64,000 bases of DNA, taken from the human T2T-CHM13v2.0 reference genome, Homo sapiens. The notes beneath the pieces are model-generated. The model was not told the origin of the DNA, did not search any database, and was given only the letters and a program-made list of their open reading frames with translations. The position numbers and the translations under genes are program-made. Each line of letters begins with the position of its first letter. The first letter of the stretch is position 1. The stretch lies in NCBI RefSeq assembly GCF_009914755.1, contig NC_060944.1. One strand, given 5' to 3'. Of this stretch, positions 1-27,193 are shown piece by piece.

Positions 1-163
1 AGTGTTAGGATTATAGGCCTGAGCCACCGTGCCTGGTCTATTTTTTATTTTTATTTATTTATTTTTTTAATAGAGACGCTAGTCTCAAACTCCTGAGCTC
101 AAGTGACTCTCCTTTGGCCTCCCAAAGTACTAGGATTACAGGCGTGGGCCACCACGCCCGGCC
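1..163 (-). mobile_element. Alu 5' end fragment (1-38) plus FLAM/Alu left monomer (~40-163)
   Basis: ...ggattacaggcgtgggccaccacgcccggcc is the reverse-complemented Alu 5' end; T-rich tail. Confidence 0.85.
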
Positions 164-573
164 AACAGTTATTAAAATTACGATGATGAAATTTTAGGCA
201 TTTAGAATACTTCAGGCCAAAAACACTTTGAGCCAGGGGGCTCGCTCAAAGGCATGCGCAAAAGCCATCAGGCCTGTACCTGGAGAACTCAGGTGAGACG
301 TTGCCACTCGTTGTAATCCCTCCCCCTAGCACTCGGCCCCCGAGCCTGGGCCACTGCCCTGGCTACACCGGGAAGTCTGGAGCTAGAAAGTGGGCCGTGC
401 GCGTGACGGGCGCGCGTGACGCCGAGGGGGCAGGTCTGAGAAGCAGGCTGCGCCGGGATTCGGCGGTCGGTTCCCGCGGAAGGGGCGGGTCAGGTTAGGG
501 GGCGGTGCTTAATGGGAGCTGGTCTTGGGGCCGGGCTTCCGCGTGCGTTGGCCTGGCGGCGAGAGCGCGCGGC

Positions 574-622
574 GGGGGCGTGCCCGGCGGGCGGGGCGGG
601 GCCAGCCGGGGGCGGGGCGGGG
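574..622 (+). promoter_or_regulatory. Cluster of Sp/KLF GC boxes (GGGGCGGGG x3), G-quadruplex-capable
   Basis: GGGGCGGGG at 593-601, 609-617 and 614-622. Confidence 0.75.
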
Positions 623-632
623 CGCGGCCTAA

Positions 633-650
633 CGGCGGCGGCGGCGGCGG
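633..650 (+). repeat. (CGG)6 followed by degenerate CGA/CAG/TGG triplets
   Basis: cggcggcggcggcggcgg read directly. Confidence 0.95.
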
Positions 651-711
651 CGACGGCGACAGCAGCGGTGGTGGTGTCTGGTTAGCTCGGCGGCTGCAGA
701 TCTCGCGGCGA

Positions 712-789
712 CGCCTGCGAGGGACCCGGGCCGCGGGTCGAGGCGGGCGGCGCCTGCGAGGGACCCGTGTCGCGGGTAGAGGCGGGCGG
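712..789 (+). repeat. 39-bp tandem duplication in the 5'UTR
   Basis: 712-750 vs 751-789, 36/39 identical. Confidence 0.95.
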
Positions 790-811
790 CGCGCGGCGGC
801 GGCGCTCGGCG

Positions 812-845
812 ATGGTAGGCGTCCCTGGAGCGGCCGCCTTCCAGC
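812..845 (+). CDS. CBFA2T2: First coding exon of CBFA2T2/MTGR1 transcriptional co-repressor (MVGVPGAAAFQ + 1 nt, phase-1 intron)
   Basis: Good Kozak context gcgATGg; peptide recalled as an MTGR1 isoform N-terminus (MVGVPGAAAFQLG...); immediately followed by AGC|GTAAGT donor. Confidence 0.85.
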
Positions 846-1264
846 GTAAGTGGGGCGTGAATGCGGGCGGCCGAGGGGGGCGTGTGAGGGCCTGCGGCTC
901 CGCAGGCGCGGTGATTCCGAGTGCCCCGGGCGCGAGGCCGGGAGTGGAAACTGAGGCCCGAAGCGGGGCGGCGGATCCAAGGTCACGCAGCGGGGCGGGC
1001 CTTCCCGGGCTCCTGAGGCCACCCCGTCGCTTCCTGCGCCGCCCGAAGAGCTCGGGGCTCACGGTGTGAGGGAAATTGTGGGGCCCGCGGCCTCGGAACT
1101 TAGGCCGGGCCGGCGTCCATGGGACTTGCCGGCGGGCAAGAATCATTTTGTTGTCCCAGCGCTGGGGCCACGAAGTCCGGCTCCTGGGGAAATACTACAC
1201 CCGCCCGATGTTGAGGGTTGGAGGAGATGAGAATGGCCCCTCGGAGGGCCTGTTTGAGCGCAGG

Positions 1265-1470
1265 CTCAGTAGTTGGCTACCTGGGTTCACATCCAGGCTT
1301 CCCCATTTAGGTAGTGACCTTGGCTCTCCCGGTGCCTCAGTTCCCCCATCTGCAAAATGGGGATGTGGAGCGGGTTCCCTCCCTCCCCCAGGGTTCTTGG
1401 GTTTTGTGAGGCCAGTAAAACGCTTGACACCGACCGTGGCACACACACAATTGTGAAAACTGTCATTATT
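1265..1470 (+). mobile_element. MIR SINE
   Basis: MIR core gcctcagttcccccatctgcaaaatgggga. Confidence 0.75.
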
Positions 1471-2246
1471 GTAATCGTCCTTTATTAATCTGATCCAGTG
1501 TGCACCGCACTCGGAAAAGTCCGAAATTAGGCTCTAGCCGTGTTAAGATTTTGTTTTGTTGTCTGTTAGTCCTGCTCCATGATCTAATTGTTATTCTTAC
1601 TTCCATTTAGCCATTCCAGTATTTATCTAGTGTTCCTCCTTGATGTGTGAGATCCTTGGGGGAGGGGTGGCTTCTCTGAATAAGAACAATAAAATTTTAA
1701 TTGTTTTTCATTATTGTAATTATAATAGCCAACATTTTTTTGAGCACCAGACATTTTGCATTCTATTCACTTAATATTTATTAAATCATATAGTAAGTTT
1801 AAAAATACCATTCCAGGCCCTGGGAATACAATAAACAAGATAGACCGAACTGGGGTTTTGAGTTTAGTTAGGAGAGGGAGAGACATAGTAAATGAGGAAA
1901 CAGATAAACATGTTTTGCATGTTTTTTTAATTGTTTAATCTTGATGACATCCTAAGTAAGACATTATTTGAGGATGCCCATTTTGCAGAGGATGAAACTG
2001 AGTAACAGAAGGTACTCTGAGTACTAGTCTCAGAGCTGATGTCCTTAAACACGTGAAAGGGAGGCTTTACGCTTCTTTTTTTTTGCACCCATTAAATGTT
2101 GGATTGAAGATAGAAAAAGTAGATACACCCAGCTTGCAGTTACTGCTTTTGATGGTTTGATCCATTCCTCATGAAATTTCCAACTAAAGAGGCGGATAGT
2201 GATTACTCTTTTAGGCTTGCAAAGGTACAGCATCTCTGTAAAATGA

Positions 2247-2862
<616 letters not shown>

Positions 2863-2894
2863 AGAAAGGACTTTTTATTTGAAAAAATTGGGGG

Positions 2895-2969
2895 GCTCTT
2901 CTGCCTATGAAGTAGTCTTCCTTTGTTTCTTTACTTCCATAATAAACTTGCTTTCACTTAAAAAAAAAA
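2895..2969 (+). mobile_element. Short ERV1-type LTR 3' (R-region) fragment ending in poly(A)
   Basis: ...tttacttccataataaacttgctttcactt + A10, resembling LTR7/LTR8-type polyA regions. Confidence 0.55.
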
Positions 2970-3054
2970 GATTGTGTCCAAATTTCTTTTGTGTAGTATT
3001 TAGTTTAAAATATGCCCAAAAGCACAACTTTTGCTTCTGTTACGTAACTACATT

Positions 3055-3354
3055 TTTGTTTTCTTTTTTCCTTTTTTTGAGACAGTCTCTCTCTGTCACC
3101 CAGACTGGAGTGCGGTGGCGTCATCATGGCCCACAGCAGCCTCAACCTCCTGGGTTCAAGTGATTCTCCTGCCTCAGCCACTTGAGTAGCTGGGACTCCA
3201 GGCGCCACCACACCCAGCTAATTTTTTTATTTTTTGTAGAGATGGGGTCTTGCTTTGTTGCCCATGCTAGTCCGGAAGTCCTGGGCTTGAGTAATCCTCC
3301 TTCCTCAGCCATCCAAATTGCTGGGATTAAAGTCATGAGCCACTTTGCCTGGCC
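3055..3354 (-). mobile_element. AluJ
   Basis: Diverged full dimer. Confidence 0.88.
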
Positions 3355-3416
3355 TTTTTTAGTGTTTCTAAGAGAATTCTGTATTACATTCCTAGACAGT
3401 ACACTTGGTGTAGTAC

Positions 3417-3921
<505 letters not shown>

Positions 3922-4042
3922 TGATTGAAGTTTTTAACTGGCATGCTGGGAAAGAGAATATAGGAGTTCAGTCTTAAAATCGGTGCTTCAACCCCTGAGC
4001 CAGAGTCCTTGGGGAAGTAGTCTAGAACTGTGGCCTCACATG

Positions 4043-4735
<693 letters not shown>

Positions 4736-4738
4736 TGA

Positions 4739-5462
<724 letters not shown>

Positions 5463-5667
5463 TAACATACAAAAATAGACATTTTACAGAAGGATAAGGT
5501 AAAATAAATGGAAGTAGCAGTTCCAACGTTGTCTTTCTACACCCAGTGGTGAATTTTAACAATACCTCCTGGGGTGGAGATCATTGATCTTGTAGTAGTA
5601 CCTTCTCAATCCATTAGGTCTCTTGCTCTGATGAAATCTAGTTTATTCGGTAGAAGTAAAATGTAAT

Positions 5668-6257
5668 GGCTGGGTATGGTGGCTCGCGCCTGTAATCCCA
5701 CCATTTGGAAGGTCGAGGTGGGCGGATCATCTGAGGTCAGGAGTTTTGAGACCAGCATGGCCAACATGGTGAAACCCCATCTCTACTAAAAATACAAAAA
5801 GAAGCTGGCTGTGGTAGCGGGGGCCTGTAGTACCAGCTGAGGCAGGAGAATTGCTTGAAGCCAGGAGGCAGAGGTGGCCGTGAGCTGAGATCCCACCATT
5901 GCACTCCAGCCTGGGCAACAAGAGGGAAACTCTATCTCAAAAAAAAAAAAAAAAAAAGGCCGGGCACGATGGCTCATCCCTGTAATCCCAGCACTTTGGG
6001 AGGCTGAGGTGGGCGGATCACGAGGTCAGGAGTTCAAGACCAGCCTGGCCAACATTGTGAAACCCCGTCCCTACCAAAAAACGTACAAAAAAAATCAGCT
6101 GGGCGTGGTGGCGGGTTCCTGTAGTCCCAGCTACTTGGGAGGCTGAGGCAGGAGAATTGCTTGAAAGAAACTGCGGAGGTTGCAGTGTGCTGAGATCGTG
6201 CCACTGCACTCCAGCCTGGGCAACACAGCAAGACTCTGTCTCAAAAAAAGAAAAAAA
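5668..6257 (+). mobile_element. Two tandem AluS elements sharing outer TSD aaaatgtaat
   Basis: 5668-5957 and 5958-6257. Confidence 0.9.
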
Positions 6258-6299
6258 TGTAATGGTTAAGATTTAAATTCTAAAGTTTTGAAATTTAAT

Positions 6300-6500
6300 T
6301 CTGGAGTTGTGCTGAGGTTAAAATCCTGGGAACCAATCCTAACAAGTTTTGAGACTTCAGGCTCATTACTTAACCTTCTTGTGCAGTTCATTTTCCTCAT
6401 CTGAAAAATGGAGATAAAATTTCTACCCCATTTGCAGGTTTATTATGATGGTTAATATATGTTAATATATGTAAAGTACTTAAAACCGTGCTTGACACAT
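6300..6500 (+). mobile_element. MIR
   Basis: ttacttaacc...ttttcctcatctgaaaaatggagataa. Confidence 0.7.
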
Positions 6501-7334
6501 TCTGTTCTGGTGGTTGTTAGTGGCTGAGGGTATACCATCTGACTTAGGGTCTCAGTCTAGGAGGGGCCGTGCACAAGTCAACAGGTAATGATAAAGTGTT
6601 TTAAGTGCTTTAAGCGTAAGGCTTTTGGGAAGGCAGGGGAGACATAACTAATTATTCCTTGAGATTCCAGGTAAGGTCCAGCTAAAGGGGTGACATTAAA
6701 CCAGGCTTTAAAGGAGAAGGGAGGCTTTTCCCAGGAGAAGGAAGGGTGAAGTCTACTGGCTGAAGGTAGTTGAGGGCTTGGTGAGTAGTTTATCAGATCT
6801 GGACCTACAGGGAACCTGATTGAAGCTTATATACCTTGTTAATAGTGAATTCTGGCTGGAGTTGTTCCTGGCAGGGGCCAGATGGCAAAGAAGCCTGTTA
6901 CAGAACTTTTCACACCACCACAGCCCTTTCCTTCTCTCTCTGGCACATACCTCATTCTGCCTTCTTAGTTATCTAAGAATATAAGCTTCTAAATTATAAA
7001 CTCCTTGAGGGTTTTGACAATGTTTGCATTTTTGTAATTTTATTTTGCCTAGCAAGGTAAGTAGGAAGTTCATTAGTGTCGAGAAAGGTATATAATCATT
7101 GGACCTTCAAGGAAGTCTAAACAGTTAAAAGTGGAATGGTAAATGACCATATTTACTAGTGAAAAACTTGGTTACAAATGTTTTGTAGTAGATAGGACCT
7201 GTGCATTACTATTTAAAAGGGGTAAGAATGATCATCTTCAGTATCCCTTTCCTTATCTGGCACTTATCCATTGGGATTACAGAAGAGATCGGAAAGTGCA
7301 TCAGAAAGGCTTGTCTGACGTTGAATAGGTACCT

Positions 7335-9616
<2,282 letters not shown>

Positions 9617-10509
9617 AAGCAGAGAGATTGAGTTTAAGCTTGTTCTCAAGTGTTAAATGTTGTATAGGTTATGTGAATCCAGAGTTTTAGGCAGGAAGAA
9701 TGGTTTAAATGATAGTGCTTAATGAATGATTGCAGCCCTGGGATCAAGATGAGTTAATTCACTAAGTTCAGGGTAATGAAAATAGGAGGAAGAGGTGGGG
9801 AAGTAAGATTTCTCACCTGCCAATTTTGTTCTCATTCCTTAGAGTATTGTTTTGAATCTCATAGAAAGTGACCATTCTTTTGTAAAGATTTACTTCAAAT
9901 CCCTGAAAGCTTGGAGGCTAATGAAGAAGAATCACTCTGGTTATTGTTTAGGCTTTAGTAAGATTACCAAGGAAGGGATCTCATAATGCTGTAGTAATAG
10001 TTTACATGTGCGACATGAGCTAGTGTTTGTACATGTGACAGACCTTGTTTCTGGATTTTATTAAGGCTGGTTAAGTAGCTTTTTGCCTCTGTCTCTGGTT
10101 TCTGTCTCTGGCCCCTTGAGGCTATCTGAAATTTTAGGAGTTGGGGTACCATAACTTGAACTTTTGAAATGAGTCAATAAGCAGATACGTCAGCCGAGTA
10201 TGACTTTAAGTCTAGTTGAATTCTTTTAAGAAAAAGTCTTGGCTAGATTTTCTGCTGGGCATTTTTTATGTACATCAATCATCTCATTTAATTATAGATC
10301 AAACTTGGGAGAGAGTATCTCTGTTTTACTGATAAGGAAATCCTGGGCGACAGAGTGAGACTCCATCTCAGAAAAAAGAAAAAAAGAAATGAGTTAGAGA
10401 ATTTAATTGTCCAAGGTCACACAGTTAATAAGTAGTAGATTCACTCTTCCTAACTAGTTTAATCTTGGTGTCAAGTTCATTCATTATGCATTGAGTGTCC
10501 AAACACCCA

Positions 10510-10807
10510 TTTATTTTTTATTTTTTATTTTTTTTAAAGACAGTCTCTGTCGCTCAGGCTGAGTGCAGTGGTGTGATCTTGGCTCACTGCAACCTCCACC
10601 ACCGAGGTTCAAGCAGTTCTGTGCCTCAGCCTCCTGAGCAACTGGGACTACAGGCGCCCGTCACCACACCCGGCTAATTTTTGTATTTTTAGTAAAGACG
10701 GGGTTTCACCATCTTGGCCAGGCTGGTCTTGAACTCCTGACTTGTGATCTGCCCGCCTCTGCCTCCCAAAGTGGTGGGATTATAGACGTGAGCCACTGCG
10801 CCCAGCC
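10510..10807 (-). mobile_element. AluS
   Basis: Full dimer. Confidence 0.9.
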
Positions 10808-10979
10808 AAAAACCCACTTTTTTTTAACCCTCTATCGCATGGCTTCTTTTTGCTAGACTAGGGGTTTTTAGACATGTGTTCTACAGGAGCCCAGAGCTTC
10901 CTGAAGATAATTGATTTCCCATAATCTTTCTTCAACTTTCTTTCCCTAACAACTCTTCTTATTTAAAAAAAAAAGTCCA

Positions 10980-11287
<308 letters not shown>

Positions 11288-12177
11288 TTAAAAAAGTCCA
11301 AATAATTGGGGTATGATTTAAAGATAGCTATATGAGACCTTGTTCAGGGGTATCCTAAGTTGGCCTTAGAGATGAATTAAAAAAATAAAAAGGCAACAGA
11401 AACTGTCAGCAGTCTTTAACAATTCATCCCATATGTTTCCTGATCTTAGCAGTGAAGCAGATGATGGCAGTGAACATCAAAAGCCCAAGAAATGTCCATG
11501 CTAATTTTGCATGGCTCTATGAGGAGCTGTCAAATATGGATCATCAAATATAGTATATAGACTATGCAATGAAGCTTTACTTTGCAATGTGGCTCTTTAA
11601 GATTTGATTTTACCCTTCTATTTTGTGTTGTAATTAAATGCAGAAATCAAAGTATAAATTCAGAATAACCCAGAGCTTGGTATCCTTCTGTCTGAATTTA
11701 TAGCTTTGGAGTTGGCTAGACCTTTCAGTAAAATTAGCTGATGGTGACAAATATGTAATGTGACCTCTGTAGCAGCTCCAGTGAAATGTTAATATCAGGC
11801 ATAGCACAGCTCCCTTGATACACTATTTTGGCCTTTTCCTCTCTTACAAATGTTTCCCTTATTTCTTTGTTAATTTAGCCATCTCCATGCAGAGGTCGTG
11901 CCTGCTTTTAATTTTTCGAAGCCACATGAGAACAGACATTTAAACAACACAGATTTATTCATTTTGGCCTTGTATCCCTAGAGCTACACTAACTTTATGT
12001 CTGGGACTAAAGGTGGAAGTAGCTGAGATTAGGGAAATGCAGAATGGTGAGGGAGAAGTGCCGGGAGAGGTGATGGTTTTAGCTCCTGCATTCCCCAGCC
12101 AATTGCTGAAATTCAGCTCCCCATTAATTTTCCCTTGATAAGTTGGTCTGGCTAAGTAGTTGAAACTATATTCTTAG

Positions 12178-12645
<468 letters not shown>

Positions 12646-12941
12646 CTAGCCGGGATTATAGACAAGCGTCAGCTAATTTTTGTTGTTGTTTCTGTCAGTC
12701 CTTCCTTGCTTATTAGTTAATATTCTTCTGCAGAGCATTTTCTTATCTTTGTGTATATATATTAATATGGATTTATGGATTCTTATTTTAATACTCTGTT
12801 ACTGTCATTATTTGTTGTGTTCACATTGTTCCAGATTTGGCCAGGGAGATCCCCTTCAAGCTGGCTTTTGTGTCATTTTGACACATTCCCACATTTTTTA
12901 ACTGCTTTTTTTGACACACCAAAAAGGTGTTGTAGGCTTAG

Positions 12942-13258
<317 letters not shown>

Positions 13259-13364
13259 TAGTTTCTGCTCTTCTTACCCTCTTCTTGGAATCGGCCATTT
13301 CTCCAAACTGTTTCTCTCCTAATTCCTTTCAGTGGAGAAAATTATTTAGAAATCAAGATTTGGA

Positions 13365-14374
<1,010 letters not shown>

Positions 14375-14379
14375 AAGAT

Positions 14380-15335
14380 GTAATTTATATACAATCAAAT
14401 TTACTTTTTTTTTTTTTGTCAGTGGGTAGAGAAAAAAACTTGCTCTTTTTCATGGCATAGTTCTATTAGTTTTGTATTATTAGTATGCAGTTGTAATCAT
14501 CAAACCAGATAGAGATAATTTTCATTCTTCCTGTAAGTTTTCTCACACCCCTTTCTTTTCACCTCGCTCTTGGAAGCTACTAGTTTATACTGGTTTTTGT
14601 CACTCACAGTTTTATGGGGGTTTTTGTTTGCTTGTTTCTCTACTTTTTCTTTTCTATAATGTCATATACATGGAATCATACAGTATGTAACCTTTGTGTC
14701 TGATGTGTTTCACTTACCATAATGCTTTTGAGATTCATCCACGTTGTGTCATGTATCTATAGGTTGTTCCTTTTTATTGTTGAGTAACATGTTATGTTCA
14801 CCAGCTGATGGACATTTGAACTGTTTCCCATTTTGATGATTATGAATAAAGCTTTAAATATTCATATACGGTTCTGCATGTGGACATATGTTTTTCTCTC
14901 TCTTGGATAAATACCTAGGCATGGGATTGCTGGGTTCTATGATAATTTCATATTTAACTTTTTTTTTTTTTTTTTTTTTTTAAGATGGAGTCTTGCTCTG
15001 TCACTTAGGCTGGAATGCAGTGGCATGGCTCACGGCAGCCTCCGCCTCCTGAGTTTAAGCAAATTCTCCTGCCTCAGTCTGCCGAGTAGCTGGGATTACA
15101 GGTGTGCACCGCCACGCTTGGCTAATTTTTGTATTTTTAGTAGAGATGGGGTTTCACCATGTTGGCCAGACTGTCTCGAAATCCTGACCTCAGGTGATCC
15201 ACCCACCTTGGCCTCCAAAAGTGCTGGGATTAAAGGTGTGAGCCACCACGCCCGGCCTATACTTAACTTTTTTGGAAACTGCCAAAATGTTTTCCAAAAT
15301 GGCTATACCATACCATTTTGCATTTCCACTACTAA
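14380..15335 (-). mobile_element. Old L1M 3' region interrupted by AluS (14959-15257)
   Basis: tttcacttaccataatgcttttgagattcatccacgttg...; TSD ata(t/c)ttaacttttt. Confidence 0.8.
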
Positions 15336-16056
15336 TGTATGACAGTTTCACTTGCTTGTTGGTATTTTTGTTTTGTTTTGTTTTAGAATTAATTGTTAAG
15401 GAAGCACTATATCTGGGTGAAATCAATTTTGGTCATCTCATTTCTACAATGAAAGGAATACTCTCTGTTACTTGTTTTAGAATGTAGGGTCCCTTGCTAT
15501 TTATATTCTTTTGGGGTTAGTGCAGTTCTTATTTACACATCATTTGCAGAAATAATGGTAACTACCATTTGTGTATCAGAACAATTTTCACATATCTAAT
15601 TTTTATAGCAATTAAGGTAGGTAGAAGTGTCTTCATCCTCTTAACTTGTATAAGGAGATTGGTTCGGGTAATCAGGTGATTTACTCACTGTCACACGGCT
15701 AGAATGTGAGAGTGTGGCTTTTTGGATTTGGAGCTGTGAGGGGACATTCTGTCTCTCTTTTAAGTAGAGGTGTAATAGAGGAAGATATGGGTGTCATCCC
15801 AGTCCTTTCTTTTACCTCAAATTCATAAGCAGTGCAGTCTTGAACAATTCATATTTGAATTTTGAGTTAATTTCATCTTTTCACCTGTCTACCTGAAAAG
15901 GTGAGAATCAGTTGAGGGACTGTTAAAGGATGTTTTGAACACTGTATGTTACCTCATGATTAATTTTATAGTACTCTCCATTTGTAGTGGTTTCCATAGT
16001 TGTTTATGGGAACAAGTTTGCAGAAAAAAAATGGTTGAATAGAAATAGAAGGGGTC

Positions 16057-16810
<754 letters not shown>

Positions 16811-18219
16811 AGTCATAATAATATAAATTAATACAAAAAAGAAGAGAAGCAATTTAATACAGGAGCTGAATAGCAAAATGGCCAGTACTACTACAATACA
16901 CACAGAGACACAGGTCCCCTCTTTTTTCATATTTACTTTGTTTTATGTAATACATAAATACATTGAAAAAAATTAATACAGATAAAATAAAAATCCACTT
17001 CCTACACTAAGTGAAACCATTAACAACTGTATTATGGAGCTGTTAGATGCAGGGATTGCGCTAAGTGCCATAGGGCTGCCAAGGTAGGTAAGATTCGGTC
17101 CCGGTCCTCAGTGATTTTCTAGTTTTCCTTCTGTGCCCTAACAGTTTTTGGATAGCTCTTGTAATAAAAACTTTTAAACAGATGTTTTAAGTTTAGATAG
17201 TGATTAACCATCTTTTCCTCTTGTAATTGATGCCATCGAGTGAGAGTTCTGTTGGGAAATAGTGAAACAAGGATTCTGGTTCAATCAATGGAGGCAGGGA
17301 ATTTCGGAGGAAGGAGATGGGATGCCATCCATGCCCCAGAGCCACTGAGCACTTAGCTGCAGCTGTGGAGAGCAACACTTGGCTAGCTATGAGTTTTCTG
17401 TAGGTCTCTAAATAGTTCATGCTAATTTTGTGGATGTTGGACTCTGAGGAATGGTGTGTTCAATGGGGAGAATGTCCAAAAAAACTGTAACTGGTAAGTA
17501 GCCATTTGGAATACTGAAATCAATTTCTGATTATGTGAATGTCCCTTTTTTGTAAATTATTTTAGCTTACTTGCCAGTTCAGTTTCTTGGTGTTACCCTG
17601 TTAGTTAAATTCAATATGTCATTTATTTAAGGGCCTGATATTTGTATTCTATTAGAAGGACAAACAGCTAATTATACTAGAAGGTGGACTATAATGAATT
17701 GTCATTACAGTGACTAAAAGTTATTGATTTTCTAGGATATTCTTGATTTCAGATATTTACTTTGACAAACGTTTATTGAATTCCTTGTATCAGATCCTGG
17801 GGGATATAAAGAGTTCTGAGGTCCTGGAGGACTATGTAGTCCAGTAAGGGAGATTGATAGCTTCAGTACCAAATGCTAAGCAGTGTTAATGGCAAGTAAC
17901 ATCCTACCAAGGATGGGCATCTGACCTAATGTGTAAGTATGCATGTGTGAGTGTGTTTCAAAAAAGGCTTCTTAGAGAAAATGATATCTGTTTTGAGCCA
18001 ATCTGTTTTTCCTTACAACATAAAAAAATAATTTTTGGACTGGCTATGTATTTAGCTAATTTAACATTTGAAACGAACAAAGAATACTTATTGAAGTTTC
18101 TCTCACCTCTGCACCAGCCAGTCTTTTCCCCTTCCTGGAAGCAGCTAGCATTACCATTTTTTTCTGGACCCTTTCGATACATTCCTGTAGGCCATATAAT
18201 GTCGGTAGGTAAAGAACTT

Positions 18220-18485
18220 CCTCATTTTGCATTGTATTTCATTGTATGACTGCACCATACTTTTTCCCCCCTACTGCTGATGGACATTTACCTTTCAATC
18301 CTTTGCTGTTGCAAACAATGCTGCATAACCTTGTAGCAATTGTCTTTTCATAGATCTGTAGAGTAAATTCCTAGAAGTAGAACTGCTGGGGTTAAGGGGT
18401 TTGCCTGTTTGTGTAATTTTGATAGATGTTGCCAGAATACCCTCTGGAGAGGTATATCAGCTTTTATACTCCTACCAGCAAAGCA
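18220..18485 (-). mobile_element. L1ME-like fragment
   Basis: gatggacattt...aacaatgctgc...taaattcctagaagtagaactgctggg. Confidence 0.65.
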
Positions 18486-18599
18486 TGACCCAAGTGAAGA
18501 ATGGGTAGGAGATGGGTGAAGTTGAGGCTGGGTCAGGTTTATGAGTGTGAGGGGGACTGAAAGTAGTTATGTATTATTGAAGTGTGAAGTGCTGGGTAA

Positions 18600-19335
<736 letters not shown>

Positions 19336-19639
19336 TATAAGACAAGAGGGGTTTATTTAAACTTCTGCTATCAGAAGTAGGAAATTGGGATCCCATTAGG
19401 GCTTAACTTAATTGGTTTGATTTCAGCTTTTTAGCTTGGAGGCTGCTGAAGAGTTAATTTATTGTATGAGAGTTTGGCCGTGTGTGGAGCACAAACTTAC
19501 TTGTTTTAAAGAAAGGATTTCTTTGTACATTTATTCATTTGCCAGATCAGTCGTTTACATGTGAACCCTCTTCACAGTTAGTTATAGGGAAAACAAGCAG
19601 ATAATTCATGCCAGTTAAATATTACAATATGTCAGACTT

Positions 19640-19940
19640 GGCTGGGTGTGGTGGCTCACACCTGTAATCCCAGCACTTTGGAAGGCTGAGGTGGGCAGAT
19701 CATCTGATGTCAGGAGTTTGAGACCAGCCTGGCCAACATGGTGAAATCCCTTATTTACTAAAATTACAAAAATTATCTGGGTGTGGTGGCGCACACCTGT
19801 AGTCCTAGCTACTTGGGAGGCTGAGGTAGGAGAAACACTTGAACTCTGGAGGTGGAGGTTGCAATGAGTCAAGATTGCACCACTGCACTCCAGCCTAGGC
19901 GACACAGCGAGACTCCCTCTCAAAAAATAAAAAATAAAAA
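19640..19940 (+). mobile_element. AluSx
   Basis: Full dimer. Confidence 0.9.
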
Positions 19941-20030
19941 GAACACGACACACTGATTCAGATCCCAAGATTAAGGGGGAAAACAAGGCTTCAGATTTTA
20001 TTAAACTTATCCTAAATAATGATGTTTTTA

Positions 20031-22081
<2,051 letters not shown>

Positions 22082-22292
22082 GAGCAAAACTCTTAAAAAA
22101 ATGGTTTATGTAAAGAGAAAAGTAACAGAAAAAAGGCTGTCTTCCAAAAGGATTACAGGTGTGAGCCATCATGCCTGGCCATAAACTTTTTATTAAATAG
22201 ACAAAATGCATAAATCATAAATGTACAGCTCAGTGAATTTTCACAAAGTGATCATACCTGTGTAGCTACTATGTAGATCAAGAAATAAAGCA

Positions 22293-23790
<1,498 letters not shown>

Positions 23791-23899
23791 AACTTGCTGT
23801 TGTTAATGTTTAACCTTTTTGAAGAGCCTCTGCTTTGTGAGATAGGTAGAGGGCATACAGTCGTGAAGAAAACAGTGCTGCTTTCATAGACCGTAATGG

Positions 23900-25620
<1,721 letters not shown>

Positions 25621-25622
25621 TT

Positions 25623-26013
<391 letters not shown>

Positions 26014-26070
26014 TTATGCTATAATATCTACCTATTATTTATTCTGTAGTGTTCTGCATTGACACTATAG

Positions 26071-27193
<1,123 letters not shown>

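Larger units (their letters stand above)
633..811 (+). other. CBFA2T2: Exon 1 5'UTR (TSS position approximate)
   Basis: GC-rich leader between the GC boxes and ATG 812; no upstream ATG inside it. Confidence 0.7.
300..1210. promoter_or_regulatory. CBFA2T2: CpG island / TATA-less promoter spanning exon 1
   Basis: Very high GC and dense CpG versus the CpG-depleted remainder; NRF1-like GCATGCGCA 252-260 just upstream; doubled GCGCGTGACG at 399-408 and 412-421. Confidence 0.92.

Noticed and set aside
301-1456. Overlapping Arg/Pro/Gly-rich ORFs on both strands (up to 175 aa)
   Set aside because: Expected from stop-codon scarcity in a CpG island; most start at non-ATG codons. Only 812-845 is supported by Kozak context, a splice donor and a recognisable peptide.
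17404-17493. Possible 90-nt cassette exon (ttttctgtag|...ctg|gtaagt)
   Set aside because: Short polypyrimidine tract and an immediate in-frame stop; such pseudo-exons are abundant and cannot be supported without transcript data.
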